From an uncultured delta proteobacterium (GTDB taxonomy: Bacteria; Bdellovibrionota; FAC87; UBA2466), in NCBI GenBank assembly GCA_963778115.1, contig CAVZSV010000004.1, positions 1,440,001 to 1,504,000 of the forward strand: a stretch of 64,000 bases of DNA. The letters run 5' to 3'. The notes under the pieces are model-generated. The model ran no database searches. It was not told the DNA's origin and saw only the letters and a program-made list of their open reading frames with translations. Of this stretch, positions 29,977 through 39,647 are shown one piece after another. The first letter of the stretch is position 1; every line of letters begins with the position of its first letter. Both the position numbers and the translations under genes were made by a program.

Positions 29977-30720
29977 TTATCGGGGAGTCGACAGGTCATC
30001 GGTCTGGAGAAAAATGGCTTCGCCCTGCTGCCCCCATGCTGCTGCTTCCAGGGGATAGCGATCCGCGGAATTATCGGCGAGGGCATCGCGTGCGTGAAAC
30101 ATGGCCCCCACCTTATCTCCTTTCCTAAGGAGGAATTCAGCGTAAGACAGTCCATTCGCGGGATAGTGAGGAGCCCCGGCTAACGCCAATAGGTAATGCT
30201 CCCTAGCCTTCTTTGAAGATCCGATCGATATGAAGGAAGGCGCGTTATCATAAAGGTAGCCCAGAATGCGATCCGCCGCATATCCCTCGTACTCAGGGGC
30301 GATTTTTTTTAGTGAGAGGGCGGCCTTTTCCAGAGGTTTTATATACGTAAGCGCCACCAGTTTATTCTTTAGGGAAGCCAACTCCCCTTTGATCGCTATC
30401 CAATCATAGAGGGCGCCCGGATCGATGGGATTCTTGGTCCTAGCTTGCTCCGCCAAAATCAAAGCCCCTTCCAAAATCTTAAGGCGCTCAGACTCCAAAG
30501 GCGTGTACTTGGCCTTCCAGTAAAATAACCGCGCGCTACTAGTTGTTATTGGTTTACTTGGAATTTCGCATCCGGAATTCTGATGAACAATAGATCTAAG
30601 TTCGCGATCTATAAGTGCCACCGGAGGAGAGATGACAGAAGCGCTTTCCGGTGTCGTTGGAGCCGCCGCGGTAAAAGCAGAGAGTATGCCGGCTAAGACT
30701 ATCCCCCAGGTTCGGATCAT
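29977..30720 (-). CDS. Exported TPR-like helical protein
   Basis: Signal peptide; RILGYLYDNAP...GSSKKAREHYLLAL TPR-like segment; last gene of the operon. Confidence 0.6.
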   Translation of the reverse strand: MIRTWGIVLAGILSAFTAAAPTTPESASVISPPVALIDRELRSIVHQNSGCEIPSKPITTSSARLFYWKAKYTPLESERLKILEGALILAEQARTKNPIDPGALYDWIAIKGELASLKNKLVALTYIKPLEKAALSLKKIAPEYEGYAADRILGYLYDNAPSFISIGSSKKAREHYLLALAGAPHYPANGLSYAEFLLRKGDKVGAMFHARDALADNSADRYPLEAAAWGQQGEAIFLQTDDLSTPR

Positions 30721-30724
30721 GAGT

Positions 30725-31312
30725 TTAGTACAATCCCCTCAGTAGACTCTTGGCATCTTTGACTAGTAATTTCATCTGCGCATCGTCGAAAGCGTCGTAA
30801 TAACCTCGAATGGTATCGTCACTCACTAACGCCAAACGAGAGCTGTGAATGAGAGTGCCATCGACAACTTCGCTGGCGAGCTTAAAACTATCGACTACTA
30901 CCTTTTCCATCTCCCTGGGATCACCGGTCAGAAACACCCATCGCTCGGGACGAACATGATACTGGCCGACATACTTGGATAAGGCATCCACGGAATCGTG
31001 CGTGGGATCGACACTAAAACTGACTAACCGAATACTTTCTTTGGAATAGAGCTGTTTTTGCAACTCTTCCATGCGATGGGTGATTCGGGGACACTGTTCC
31101 CCGCAGCGAGTGAAAATAAAGCTGGCGATCCAAACCTTCTTATGGAGATCGTTTAGGGTGAAGTTATCGCCGTTCGAAGCGGTGAGCGAAAACGGCTCGA
31201 CCTTTCCCAAGGCTTTGAGCTCTCGCACTTCAAATCCATGGGTGAACCCCAAAAGGGCAACAGCCACCACCGGCATCGCAACCAAAGCCAAAATAAAATG
31301 CCATGCTTTCAC
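30725..31312 (-). CDS. SCO family copper chaperone
   Basis: FTRCGEQCP CxxxC, SVDPTHD, IHS; GTG start overlaps the upstream TGA. Confidence 0.9.
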   Translation of the reverse strand: MKAWHFILALVAMPVVAVALLGFTHGFEVRELKALGKVEPFSLTASNGDNFTLNDLHKKVWIASFIFTRCGEQCPRITHRMEELQKQLYSKESIRLVSFSVDPTHDSVDALSKYVGQYHVRPERWVFLTGDPREMEKVVVDSFKLASEVVDGTLIHSSRLALVSDDTIRGYYDAFDDAQMKLLVKDAKSLLRGLY

Positions 31313-32115
31313 GCCATCACCTCCTTGGCTCGCTGGGAAACGACCACGGTCGCTACCACATAAAATACCACTCCGAAAATGATCGTCAGCCCGAGACTCC
31401 ACTGCGAAGAGGGTAAACCAGGTAGGACCAGCGTTTGGTTTCCGGACAGAGCTGTTCGAAGTAGCGACACTCCGTAGGTTAGAGGATTAATCACCATCAC
31501 CGCTCTTAACCAAAAAGGCGCTCCCGCTAAGGGAAACAGAGCCCCTGAGAGTAACCACATCGGAAACAAGACCACATTCATGATGGCGTGAAACCCTTGA
31601 ACCGAATCCAAGGTCCAAGCAAAGACAAACCCAAGGGCTGTTAAAGATAGCCCCATTAGCGACATGGTAAGAATGGCCAAGCCAATTCCTGCGGGCGTGA
31701 GCGAAAACCCGACCAAAGGCGCCAGAGCTAAGAGAAGGATTCCCTGAATGAGTGCCAGAAGGGTTCCTCCAATGACCTTACTCGCCACTATTCCCGCGCG
31801 GGAGACGGGGGCCACGAGAACGGATTGCAAAAACCCCTCTTTTCTATCTTCGATGACGGAAATGGTAGAGAAGATCGCCGTAAAAAGAATCATCAGAGCC
31901 AAAGTCCCGGGGAAGAAATACTCCAAATAACCTGTATCCACTGGAGAGCCTGTGGCATGAAACGATTTTCCCAACCCAGATCCCAAGAGAAACCAAAAAA
32001 TGAGCGGGGAGCCTAAAGCTCCAATAACTCGACTTCTTTGGCGAAAAAACCGAACGACTTCGCGACGAATCAAAATCATTAAGGGGAGTAACGTGTAGGT
32101 TCGAGAGTTAACCAT
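31309..32115 (-). CDS. ABC-2 type transporter permease
   Basis: YFFPG, EDRKEGFLQSVLVAP, LSGALFP, NPLTY. Confidence 0.9.
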   Translation of the reverse strand: MVNSRTYTLLPLMILIRREVVRFFRQRSRVIGALGSPLIFWFLLGSGLGKSFHATGSPVDTGYLEYFFPGTLALMILFTAIFSTISVIEDRKEGFLQSVLVAPVSRAGIVASKVIGGTLLALIQGILLLALAPLVGFSLTPAGIGLAILTMSLMGLSLTALGFVFAWTLDSVQGFHAIMNVVLFPMWLLSGALFPLAGAPFWLRAVMVINPLTYGVSLLRTALSGNQTLVLPGLPSSQWSLGLTIIFGVVFYVVATVVVSQRAKEVMA

Positions 32116-33049
32116 TTCGCTCAACTCCTTCTGAAATGCGTCGTCCTGTCTTGCGCAGGAAAAGGTCTTCAAGAGTTGGCCTGCCCCACGTGAGAGATTC
32201 CACGTCTTCCGGAAACTGCTTTAGTACCTGCGACAAAAATTCGGTACTTGCCCCTTTTTCCACTCGTAACTCGCCGTCAGAGAGTTGTGCTGAAGTCCCT
32301 AACGCCGCACTTAATTTTTCTCTTAATTTTTCAGGAAACTTCGATCGAATCACTATCACGTCGCCGCCTAACTCTTTGCGAAGCTCCTCAGGAGCACCCA
32401 TCGCCACGATGTTGCCCTGATCGATAAGCGCTATCCGATCGCAACGATCGGCCTCCTCCATCAAATGGGTGGTTACCACCACAGTGATCCCTTCCGAAGT
32501 CTGCAGCTGCTTAAGATAATCCCATAACTCCCGACGCATGGCCGGATCCAATCCCGTAGTGGGCTCGTCTAAGATCAAAAGGCGTGGGGAATGTAGTAAG
32601 GCTTTGGCTATCTCTACCCGTCTTTTGAGACCTCCAGAGAGTTTTTCAGCCATCTCCTGGCGACGATCCCACAAACCCATCCGCTTTAAGCCCAACTCCA
32701 CTTTTTGACAGAGCGCACTTCCTCTTTGTCCATAGAGGTACCCTTGGGCGATCAGATTTTCCTCTACGGTTAGCTTCTTATCCAAAGCAGGAGATTGAAA
32801 CACCACTCCTATGAGACCGCGGACTTTCGCCGGCTCTTTGGTGACATCCACGCCAAAAATCTGGACGTTTCCCCCAGAGGGGGCCATCAACGTCGAGAGA
32901 ATTTTAAATAGCGTACTCTTTCCGCCCCCGTTAGGCCCCAATAGGCCAAACATCTCCTGTTCGCCCACTTGGAGAGTCAGATTATCCAACGCTTTTCGGT
33001 CGCCGTAAGAATGCGTTAATCCAGTGATGATAATCGCGGCATTTGCCAT
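32108..33049 (-). CDS. ABC transporter ATP-binding protein
   Basis: GPNGGGKS, LSGG, LILDEPT, TTH. Confidence 0.95.
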   Translation of the reverse strand: MANAAIIITGLTHSYGDRKALDNLTLQVGEQEMFGLLGPNGGGKSTLFKILSTLMAPSGGNVQIFGVDVTKEPAKVRGLIGVVFQSPALDKKLTVEENLIAQGYLYGQRGSALCQKVELGLKRMGLWDRRQEMAEKLSGGLKRRVEIAKALLHSPRLLILDEPTTGLDPAMRRELWDYLKQLQTSEGITVVVTTHLMEEADRCDRIALIDQGNIVAMGAPEELRKELGGDVIVIRSKFPEKLREKLSAALGTSAQLSDGELRVEKGASTEFLSQVLKQFPEDVESLTWGRPTLEDLFLRKTGRRISEGVERNG

Positions 33050-33052
33050 GAG

Positions 33053-33931
33053 CTACACCCGATCCCAAACCATAAGTATTCCCAAAACAGGAAGATAGAT
33101 GAGAGAAGCAAAAAATAAACGACGCGCCTGGACTTTCGTTCTCTGCACCGCCAGTAAAATGGCTTGAACCAAGAATCCGACTCCTAGAACGAGTGCTCCA
33201 AAGAAGTAAACTCGACCCGCCACCCCCCACGCTGTCGGAACCAAAGTTAAGGGTAATAAGACCAAGGTATAAATAATGACCTGTCTGGCCGTAACTGCGC
33301 CTTGTTCGTCAAGCACGGTCAGAATAGGGAAATTAGCGCGCGAATAGTCCTCACGATAGATCCAAGCAATGGCCAAGAAGTGCGGAATTTGCCAGAGAAA
33401 TAAAATTCCAAATAAGACCAACCCCTCAGGCCCTATCTGGCCTCGAGCCGCAGCCCACCCTAGCAGGGGTGGCATCGCTCCGGGAATGGCACCAATTAAA
33501 GTCGACATCGAACTTACCCGCTTTGCCGGTGTGTATATGCCTAGATAAAAAAGAAGGGTGAGTGCGCCCAAAACGGCAGTCACAGGATTCACCGCTACCA
33601 ATAAGATCGCTTCCCCCATCGCCGTAAGAATAACCCCGAACCACAGCGCTTTAGCGGGTTCAATGCGTCCGGCGGGCAGAGGCCGCTCCAACGTTCGCCA
33701 CATTTTCCCGTCGAGGTCTCGCTCGATGTATTGGTTCAACACTCCCGAAGCGCCTCCCACCAAGGAGATGCCTAACAAGGACCAGAATAGAAGACCTCGA
33801 TCGATACTTCCTGGAGAAGCGAGGAAGAATCCGAGCGTAGTCATAACCAAGGCTAGTAGGCAAATTCTAGGCTTAGTCATTTCGAAATAATCCCGAACGA
33901 GTTCGCGCCGGCTTTGAAAGTCGATACTCAT
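33053..33931 (-). CDS. ctaB: Protoheme IX farnesyltransferase (heme o synthase)
   Basis: TKPRI, NQYIERDLDGKMWRTLERPLP, GAIPGAMPP, WQIPHF; ATGA overlap with ctaA. Confidence 0.93.
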   Translation of the reverse strand: MSIDFQSRRELVRDYFEMTKPRICLLALVMTTLGFFLASPGSIDRGLLFWSLLGISLVGGASGVLNQYIERDLDGKMWRTLERPLPAGRIEPAKALWFGVILTAMGEAILLVAVNPVTAVLGALTLLFYLGIYTPAKRVSSMSTLIGAIPGAMPPLLGWAAARGQIGPEGLVLFGILFLWQIPHFLAIAWIYREDYSRANFPILTVLDEQGAVTARQVIIYTLVLLPLTLVPTAWGVAGRVYFFGALVLGVGFLVQAILLAVQRTKVQARRLFFASLIYLPVLGILMVWDRV

Positions 33932-34899
33932 GCGGGCTCCCAGTTCGGTGTCAAAGCGGAAAGAGGGTCTCTCGCAAAAGGCCCTGTCTGAGCACCGGCA
34001 CGTAACAAGTAACGCAGCCGAAAGGTCTTCACCGTGAGTAGCACCGAGGTTCCAAAGCATAGGGCGCCCACCGCAAGATGAGTCATGGTCACCAAAACGG
34101 GGCGCTTGGTCCAGATGATGACCGCTCCCAACATGATCTGAATGGATACCAAACCTATTAAAGCGCCAGCCACCCCCACCAAATCCCAATGCGCGGAGTA
34201 TCGAGTCAGAATATATCCCGCAATCACTGCCGAGAATAGGGCCAGACTAAAAGCTCCCATGCGATGGATAAAATGGATAAGAATTCCTTTAGACCAGAAT
34301 GGAGGGACAAATCCTCCAAAAGCCGTTGGAAAATCGGGAATGGCTAATCCCGCTCCCGAGTGGCGCATTATCGCTCCGGCAAGCAGTTGACCAAAGAACA
34401 GAAACGAAAGAGCCAGACATACAAACGGAAGAATAAACTTAGGCTGAGATAGCCTAACGGGCGGCTCGAACCACGTCTTTGAAGTGACCTGGGTCAGAGT
34501 CACCATAGTGCAGAAATAGATCTGCGCCAAGCACGCATGCCCCACAGAAACTTCCGTAGGGAGTCTGAGTAAAACGGTGATTCCCCCTAATGCTGCCTGA
34601 CTAAAAACCAGGACAACCGCAAGAAAACTCAAATTTCTTACCCACGATCGCAATTCAAACTGCCAGTAGAACACGGCTTGAAGCACAGTGAGTATCGCAA
34701 CACTCCCGGCGATCAAACGATGGCCATGCTCAAATAAAATTCCTCCCACCATCGGAGGAAAGAACTGACCATAGGATAGTGGCCAATCGGGGACAGCCAA
34801 ACCGGAACCGGTGCTTGTAACAAGAGCTCCGGCACAAAGAAGCACGACGGTCCAAACGGCTAAGCCGCAGGAATATCGATGCAACCACCCGGGTGTCAT
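33928..34899 (-). CDS. ctaA: Heme A synthase (COX15/CtaA), variant without loop cysteines
   Basis: GSGLAVPDWP, EHGHR, H in each repeat, HFIHR. Confidence 0.88.
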   Translation of the reverse strand: MTPGWLHRYSCGLAVWTVVLLCAGALVTSTGSGLAVPDWPLSYGQFFPPMVGGILFEHGHRLIAGSVAILTVLQAVFYWQFELRSWVRNLSFLAVVLVFSQAALGGITVLLRLPTEVSVGHACLAQIYFCTMVTLTQVTSKTWFEPPVRLSQPKFILPFVCLALSFLFFGQLLAGAIMRHSGAGLAIPDFPTAFGGFVPPFWSKGILIHFIHRMGAFSLALFSAVIAGYILTRYSAHWDLVGVAGALIGLVSIQIMLGAVIIWTKRPVLVTMTHLAVGALCFGTSVLLTVKTFRLRYLLRAGAQTGPFARDPLSALTPNWEPA

Positions 34900-35291
34900 G
34901 TCCCCTCTCGAGTCGCTTTTATGGGCTTAGCTTTCGTGGGAGCTTCGACTTGAGGAACCTGCAAAACGCGTTTTACCGGAACTTCGTTTTTGGAGAGTGC
35001 TTTTTGCTCTGAAGTCTTCCATTGGACACAGGCTAACAAAATCAGAAAGAAGGCAGGCGCAATCGCCCAGCCGATCGGAGCTTTGGGATCCAACTCTCTA
35101 GAGATCTTTCGTGCGGGGCGCGGTGTCGATCGTCTGCGAGAAAGGTACTTGAAAAATTGCTGGGCCTCGGCCGCCAAGAAAACAACGGCCGAGACCAGCA
35201 AAAAGAAACTAAAGATAGACCCCTCCGGAAGCGGCCTCGCTACGGCATTCAATAGCTGGCTGAAAAATTCCGAAAATAAATCCATCTTCAT
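34896..35291 (-). CDS. 2-TM protein resembling a truncated cytochrome c oxidase subunit II N-terminus
   Basis: LPEGS...TM...RRR...IGWAIAPAFFL parallels COX2 TM (E-x-x-W-T-x-x-P); no CuA domain. Confidence 0.45.
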   Translation of the reverse strand: MKMDLFSEFFSQLLNAVARPLPEGSIFSFFLLVSAVVFLAAEAQQFFKYLSRRRSTPRPARKISRELDPKAPIGWAIAPAFFLILLACVQWKTSEQKALSKNEVPVKRVLQVPQVEAPTKAKPIKATREGT

Positions 35292-35312
35292 TAACCCTTA
35301 TTCATTACTTTC

Positions 35313-35347
35313 GACGCCATTAAGCGGCAAAAGTTAATTGAGGGCCG
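35313..35347. repeat. Downstream arm of an imperfect inverted repeat flanking 35349..36050
   Basis: GACGC-cat-TAAGCGGCAA-N8-TGAGGGcCG is complementary to 36248-36278. Confidence 0.7.
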
Positions 35348-35348
35348 A

Positions 35349-36050
35349 TTAAAAAGTGAAATCCACCTTCTCGGCGGCTCCCTCTTTCACAGTCACCTTG
35401 GCCGTCTTGTCGCCAAGTTTGTGATGAGTCGCTTCGATAGTGTATTCGCCCGGGGGCAGATCCTTAATCGTGAACTCACCTTTGGTATCGGTCACCGCGA
35501 AGTAGGGATTCTCGACGACATTGCCATAAGCGCTCATCCAGCCGTGAACGTCACATTTAATGTGGAGGTTCTTTTCGGGCTTGGCGAACTTCTTCTCGAT
35601 GGACTGCCCTTTGGTCGCCATTCCCATATTAAAGCCCGCATTGGCTTTAGGCATGGCATGGACGTTATGAAGCGTTGAATCGCTATTTACAATCTTGAAA
35701 GGCTGTCCGGCCCGAATTCCGAACACCAGCGGATGATAGACACAATTTTCTTGGTCGAACTCTACCGGTGTCGTGGGTGCCGGAGGCGGGGTTCCTTTAA
35801 AATCCGTGATGTAAACGAAAACCCCGGCTACGGTCTTATTGGGATTGATCTCAACATCCTCGTTGTAAACTTTCTTCCCCTTATTTGCCTTCATGCAATA
35901 CGGATCGGCATTCATCTTGATCAGTTCCGCTTTGGGAGCTTTACCGGTGAAATTAACTTTACCCGTAACACTTCCCGCGGAAAAACCGGTTACCGCATAA
36001 GTCCCTAGGGCAACCACAAATGCAAGTTTGCTGGATATCATACTTTTCAT
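35349..36050 (-). CDS. Exported cupredoxin-like protein with carboxypeptidase-regulatory-like domain
   Basis: DQENCVYHP, HNVH, CDVHGWM (H/C/H/M copper ligands); AGGAG SD. Confidence 0.8.
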   Translation of the reverse strand: MKSMISSKLAFVVALGTYAVTGFSAGSVTGKVNFTGKAPKAELIKMNADPYCMKANKGKKVYNEDVEINPNKTVAGVFVYITDFKGTPPPAPTTPVEFDQENCVYHPLVFGIRAGQPFKIVNSDSTLHNVHAMPKANAGFNMGMATKGQSIEKKFAKPEKNLHIKCDVHGWMSAYGNVVENPYFAVTDTKGEFTIKDLPPGEYTIEATHHKLGDKTAKVTVKEGAAEKVDFTF

Positions 36051-36247
36051 GGCTCTTGTTTCTCCTGGATTCATATCCGCCAATGGGTGATTATTCTGGG
36101 GCTCGATATTTTAAAGCTCCGACGTCGACCCCCTCCTACGCTCAGCGTAGCCCTTTTTAAAGGCTACTAGCATAGTTTTTTTTCAAATTTCATGAGGAAT
36201 ATAGGGCCGCTACCGCCCTTCACGCAACAAGTCTTTTCGCCGACAAA

Positions 36248-36278
36248 CGACCCTCATCACTAATTGCCGCTTAGCGTC
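36248..36278. repeat. Upstream arm of the inverted repeat flanking 35349..36050
   Basis: Minus strand reads GACGC-TAAGCGGCAA-N7-TGAGGGtCG. Confidence 0.7.
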
Positions 36279-36291
36279 TAAGATTTTCCAA

Positions 36292-36852
36292 CTAGGGATG
36301 AGCCGAGGGGGCAGAGCTTTCTTTCGAGGGTTTTACTTGAAAGGTCTTTTCAAACTCTTCCGGAGAAAGGCCTCCCTCTTCCCAGAGGCTCCCCATCAAA
36401 GTGTCACCAGAGTGCAACCAGGTACTTTGCTCTTCCAAAATATCGGCCGCCCCTTGAAGCAAAGGATAGTAACGAACGAACTGAACTTCCGGCGCCCCTC
36501 CCAGAAGGGGGCCCCAGGGAAAGAGGCCTGGAAAGCTCAGGGAAAGGGTCAAAATGAGAAGAAGGGGAACCGACGCCAGTAACGCCACTCGCGACATTTG
36601 CCGCCGCGAGATCCTACGAACTCCACGGGCCTGGGAAGCCTCTGTCACGCGCAACGCCAACTCATTGGAGAGTTTCTGCGGTGGAAGCTTATGCAAAACA
36701 GCGAGAGTGGCTTTAAGTTCCCGGTGGACCTGTTCACAAACACCGCAATCATGAAGATGGTTTTTTAGTTGCTCATGACGTGTGGACGGAAGAATTCCTT
36801 CCACATAATCGGAAAGAAGGTTCTGGCAAAAAAAACAGGAACTCGTGTTCAC
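36292..36852 (-). CDS. Zinc-binding (zf-HC2) anti-sigma factor
   Basis: LLSDYVEG...HLHDCGVC (HxxxCxxC), one TM. Confidence 0.85.
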   Translation of the reverse strand: MNTSSCFFCQNLLSDYVEGILPSTRHEQLKNHLHDCGVCEQVHRELKATLAVLHKLPPQKLSNELALRVTEASQARGVRRISRRQMSRVALLASVPLLLILTLSLSFPGLFPWGPLLGGAPEVQFVRYYPLLQGAADILEEQSTWLHSGDTLMGSLWEEGGLSPEEFEKTFQVKPSKESSAPSAHP

Positions 36853-37451
36853 CAGGTGGTCTCCCTAAAAGGAGAGGTCGTCTTGGCTTCCGCGGAAGAA
36901 GCACTCCCTCGCAAAGCATCACGAAATTCCAAACGCCCCCGATGTAGACGATGGCGATAAACGCCCCAACGAAGACTTAAGACTCTGACCACCTCTTCGT
37001 CTTCGAAGCGCAAAATATCTTTGAGGACCACCGGTGCGCGAAGCTCAATATCGACTCGGCGCAACCGCTCGAGAACCAAAGCATCAAAGGCCGTGGGGTC
37101 CAATGTGAGATCCTTCACTAGCAAGTTTTCATCCCAGCGCTTTAAGACTCGAGTATCGCGTCCCAGGTTCCATTGAAAGGTCAACGTCGCGGTTTCGTCT
37201 CGAATTTTTTCCCAAGCAAGACGATATAAGCGGATTCGCATTTCAAGCGCTTCCCAACCCGAATCCCTTTTTCCAGAATGCTTGCGATACGTATCCCCGA
37301 AGCGGCGGAAGACATCCAAAAGGACATCCTCGACCGTATGCTCTTCCTGCAGAAGGTAATGGCAAAAGGTATGTAAAGGAAGGGCATTCTCCTTCACAAA
37401 CTCACGCAATTCTGGAAGCTGGCTATCGTGATTTCGAACCGTGGTCGTCAT
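36849..37451 (-). CDS. Divergent ECF sigma factor-like protein
   Basis: VEDVLLDVF and RLYRLA (region 2-like); RAPVVLKD...RHRLHRGR (region 4); coupled to the anti-sigma. Confidence 0.7.
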   Translation of the reverse strand: MTTTVRNHDSQLPELREFVKENALPLHTFCHYLLQEEHTVEDVLLDVFRRFGDTYRKHSGKRDSGWEALEMRIRLYRLAWEKIRDETATLTFQWNLGRDTRVLKRWDENLLVKDLTLDPTAFDALVLERLRRVDIELRAPVVLKDILRFEDEEVVRVLSLRWGVYRHRLHRGRLEFRDALRGSASSAEAKTTSPFRETTW

Positions 37452-38542
37452 TGGTTGGCTAACCTACCACATTCCAAAACCGAGCGTACGCGTTCGAACG
37501 ATGGCTTAAGAATAATCCCTTTTTCGCAAACGATAGCGTCAATCAAAGCCGCGGGAGTGACATCAAATGACGGGTTGCGGACGGGGACATCAAAGAGAGG
37601 ACGGTTTGCCCCCAGGACACCTAGGGTTTCTTCAGCCGCCCGCTCCTCGATGGGAATTTCGGCGCCTGAAGCAAGCGACATATCGAAAGTGCTGGTGGGG
37701 GCGATTACCCAAAAAGGGACCTGATGGTGCTTGGCTAAAATCGCAAGGCCATAGGTACCGACCTTATTAGCGGTGTCACCGTTGGAGGCGATTCTATCCG
37801 CCCCGACCAAAACTGCCCCAACCTTTCCTTCCCTGAGGACAAGACCCGCCATATTATCGCAAATCGCGGTAAACGGGATCTCGTTGCGGTGCAACTCCCA
37901 GACGGTCAAACGAAGCCCTTGCAGGACGGGCCGAGTTTCGCACGTGTAAACGTGTTCGAGGCTTCCCCGACGATAGGCCTCGTGAATGACTCCGAACGCG
38001 GTTCCCACTCCTCCGGTCGCCAAGTCACCGGTATTGCAATAGGTCATGGCCTGTGTTCGTCCTTGAAATAGCGAAGCCCCAAAATCGGCCATTCTCAGAT
38101 TCGACTCGATGTCTTCTCTATGGATTTGCGAAGCTAACTCAAACAGCCTTTCGACTACCGCAGGGGTCATCGAATCCGAGCGCAAATCTCCGGCAGCCGT
38201 ACGCATTTTATCGACGGCCCAACGTAAGTTCACCGCGGTCGGTCGGGCGGCGGCTATCTCACGCAAAGCCTGATTGAAAAAAAGTCCTCTTTGATCGGGC
38301 AAAAGGCTAAGAGCTTGGCGACTTGCCAAGACCACCGCGTAAGCACCCGAGACTCCAATAGCCGGAGCGCCTCTCACCGCGAGATCGCGAATGGCGCGCA
38401 CCACCGCCGCGTATTCGCTTAGCGGAAGATATCTCTCTTCCGAGGGCAAGCGGGTCTGATCCAATAACACACAACGTCCGTCGCGCCACGATCCCTCCCA
38501 ACGCACCGCGTGGGTTTTCGGTTGAATTCTTGAGAAAATCAT
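37448..38542 (-). CDS. mtnA: S-methyl-5-thioribose-1-phosphate isomerase
   Basis: LDQTRLP, VRGAPAIG, RPTAVNL, CNTG, ETRP, GADRI, NKVGTY. Confidence 0.95.
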   Translation of the reverse strand: MIFSRIQPKTHAVRWEGSWRDGRCVLLDQTRLPSEERYLPLSEYAAVVRAIRDLAVRGAPAIGVSGAYAVVLASRQALSLLPDQRGLFFNQALREIAAARPTAVNLRWAVDKMRTAAGDLRSDSMTPAVVERLFELASQIHREDIESNLRMADFGASLFQGRTQAMTYCNTGDLATGGVGTAFGVIHEAYRRGSLEHVYTCETRPVLQGLRLTVWELHRNEIPFTAICDNMAGLVLREGKVGAVLVGADRIASNGDTANKVGTYGLAILAKHHQVPFWVIAPTSTFDMSLASGAEIPIEERAAEETLGVLGANRPLFDVPVRNPSFDVTPAALIDAIVCEKGIILKPSFERVRSVLECGRLANQ

Positions 38543-38573
38543 GTCGGGGTAAGAATCTCTTAAGTTGCGTTTT

Positions 38574-38602
38574 TTGACAAGCTACAGAACCACTTCTAAG
38601 AT
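38574..38602 (+). promoter_or_regulatory. sigma70-type promoter
   Basis: TTGACA-17 nt-TAAGAT upstream of 38634. Confidence 0.6.
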
Positions 38603-38633
38603 CAGCGGTTTGCAAGATTAGGTAAGGTCCTGC

Positions 38634-39647
38634 TTGTTAATTCACGTACATCTGGTCCTGATTCCCCTCTTACTGGCGCTTTCCGCCATCTTCGCCGCGT
38701 CGGAAGCTTCGCTATTCTCTTTGAGTCGATCTCAACTGGAAACGCTCAAAGAGTCTCGTCCGAACCTGTACCACTCCATCCGAAATCTCATCTACCATCC
38801 CGATGCGATGCTCTCGACGATTATCATTGGTAACGAGTGCCTCAACATCACCATCGCCACGATTATCACTAGCCTTCTGGAATTTCAGCTTGGCGTGCAT
38901 GACGATCGGCTTCTCATTCTCTTTTCGGTCTTGCTCTCCTCGGCACTCTTACTCACCTTTTCCGAGATTTTGCCCAAGGTCATCGCTTTTCGAATGCCTA
39001 TTCTCGTCGCCTCTATCGTGGTTCATCCCATGACGTGGATGCACTGGGTGCTTACTCCTCTGCGCCGCATTTTTCTTTTCATCAGCTCCTCTCTTATTCG
39101 CGCCATCGGTTTGCGCGTGGCTCCCCCTTCCGCCATTAATGAACAGGATTTTCTAACCCTGGTAGAGGTGGGTGCGGAAAGTGGAAGTCTAGATCGCGAC
39201 GAAAAGGAGATGATCTTTAACGTGTTTCATTTCAGCGATCTCACCGTTTCGTCGATTATGACTCCATGGAAAGATGTCTTCTGTCTTCCTGAGAAACTTT
39301 CTGTCGGTGAAACACTCGTTAGAATCAAAAAGAAGGCCTATTCTCGCATCCCCATCGTCTCGGAAGACGGCCATCGTGTCATAGGCATTCTCTACACCAA
39401 GGCCCTTCTTAGACTCCTATTGTCACCCCATCCCGCTGAAGAGATCGACGCCATCAAACAGGCTCTCTTTCCGCCGTATATCGTTTCCACGCACAAAAAG
39501 ATCGCCAAGCTTTTTCGAGAGTTTAAACTGAAAAAGGTCCACATGGCCTTAGTCGTGGATGAATTCGGAAAACACTTGGGGGTGGTCACTCTTGAAGACG
39601 TCCTGAACGCGTTGTTTCAGACACAGAAGAAACGGGGGGAGACATGA
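38634..39647 (+). CDS. CNNM/DUF21-CBS (HlyC/CorC family) membrane protein
   Basis: FAASEASL, EILPK, YSRIPI, VVDEFG, TLEDV. Confidence 0.9.
   Translation: MLIHVHLVLIPLLLALSAIFAASEASLFSLSRSQLETLKESRPNLYHSIRNLIYHPDAMLSTIIIGNECLNITIATIITSLLEFQLGVHDDRLLILFSVLLSSALLLTFSEILPKVIAFRMPILVASIVVHPMTWMHWVLTPLRRIFLFISSSLIRAIGLRVAPPSAINEQDFLTLVEVGAESGSLDRDEKEMIFNVFHFSDLTVSSIMTPWKDVFCLPEKLSVGETLVRIKKKAYSRIPIVSEDGHRVIGILYTKALLRLLLSPHPAEEIDAIKQALFPPYIVSTHKKIAKLFREFKLKKVHMALVVDEFGKHLGVVTLEDVLNALFQTQKKRGET

Noticed and set aside
33932..34189. N-terminal extensions in the ORF track (ctaB here; also SCO, permease, TolC, sppA, TMTC-like)
   Set aside because: They overlap neighbouring genes or lack an SD; downstream starts give coupling or good SDs
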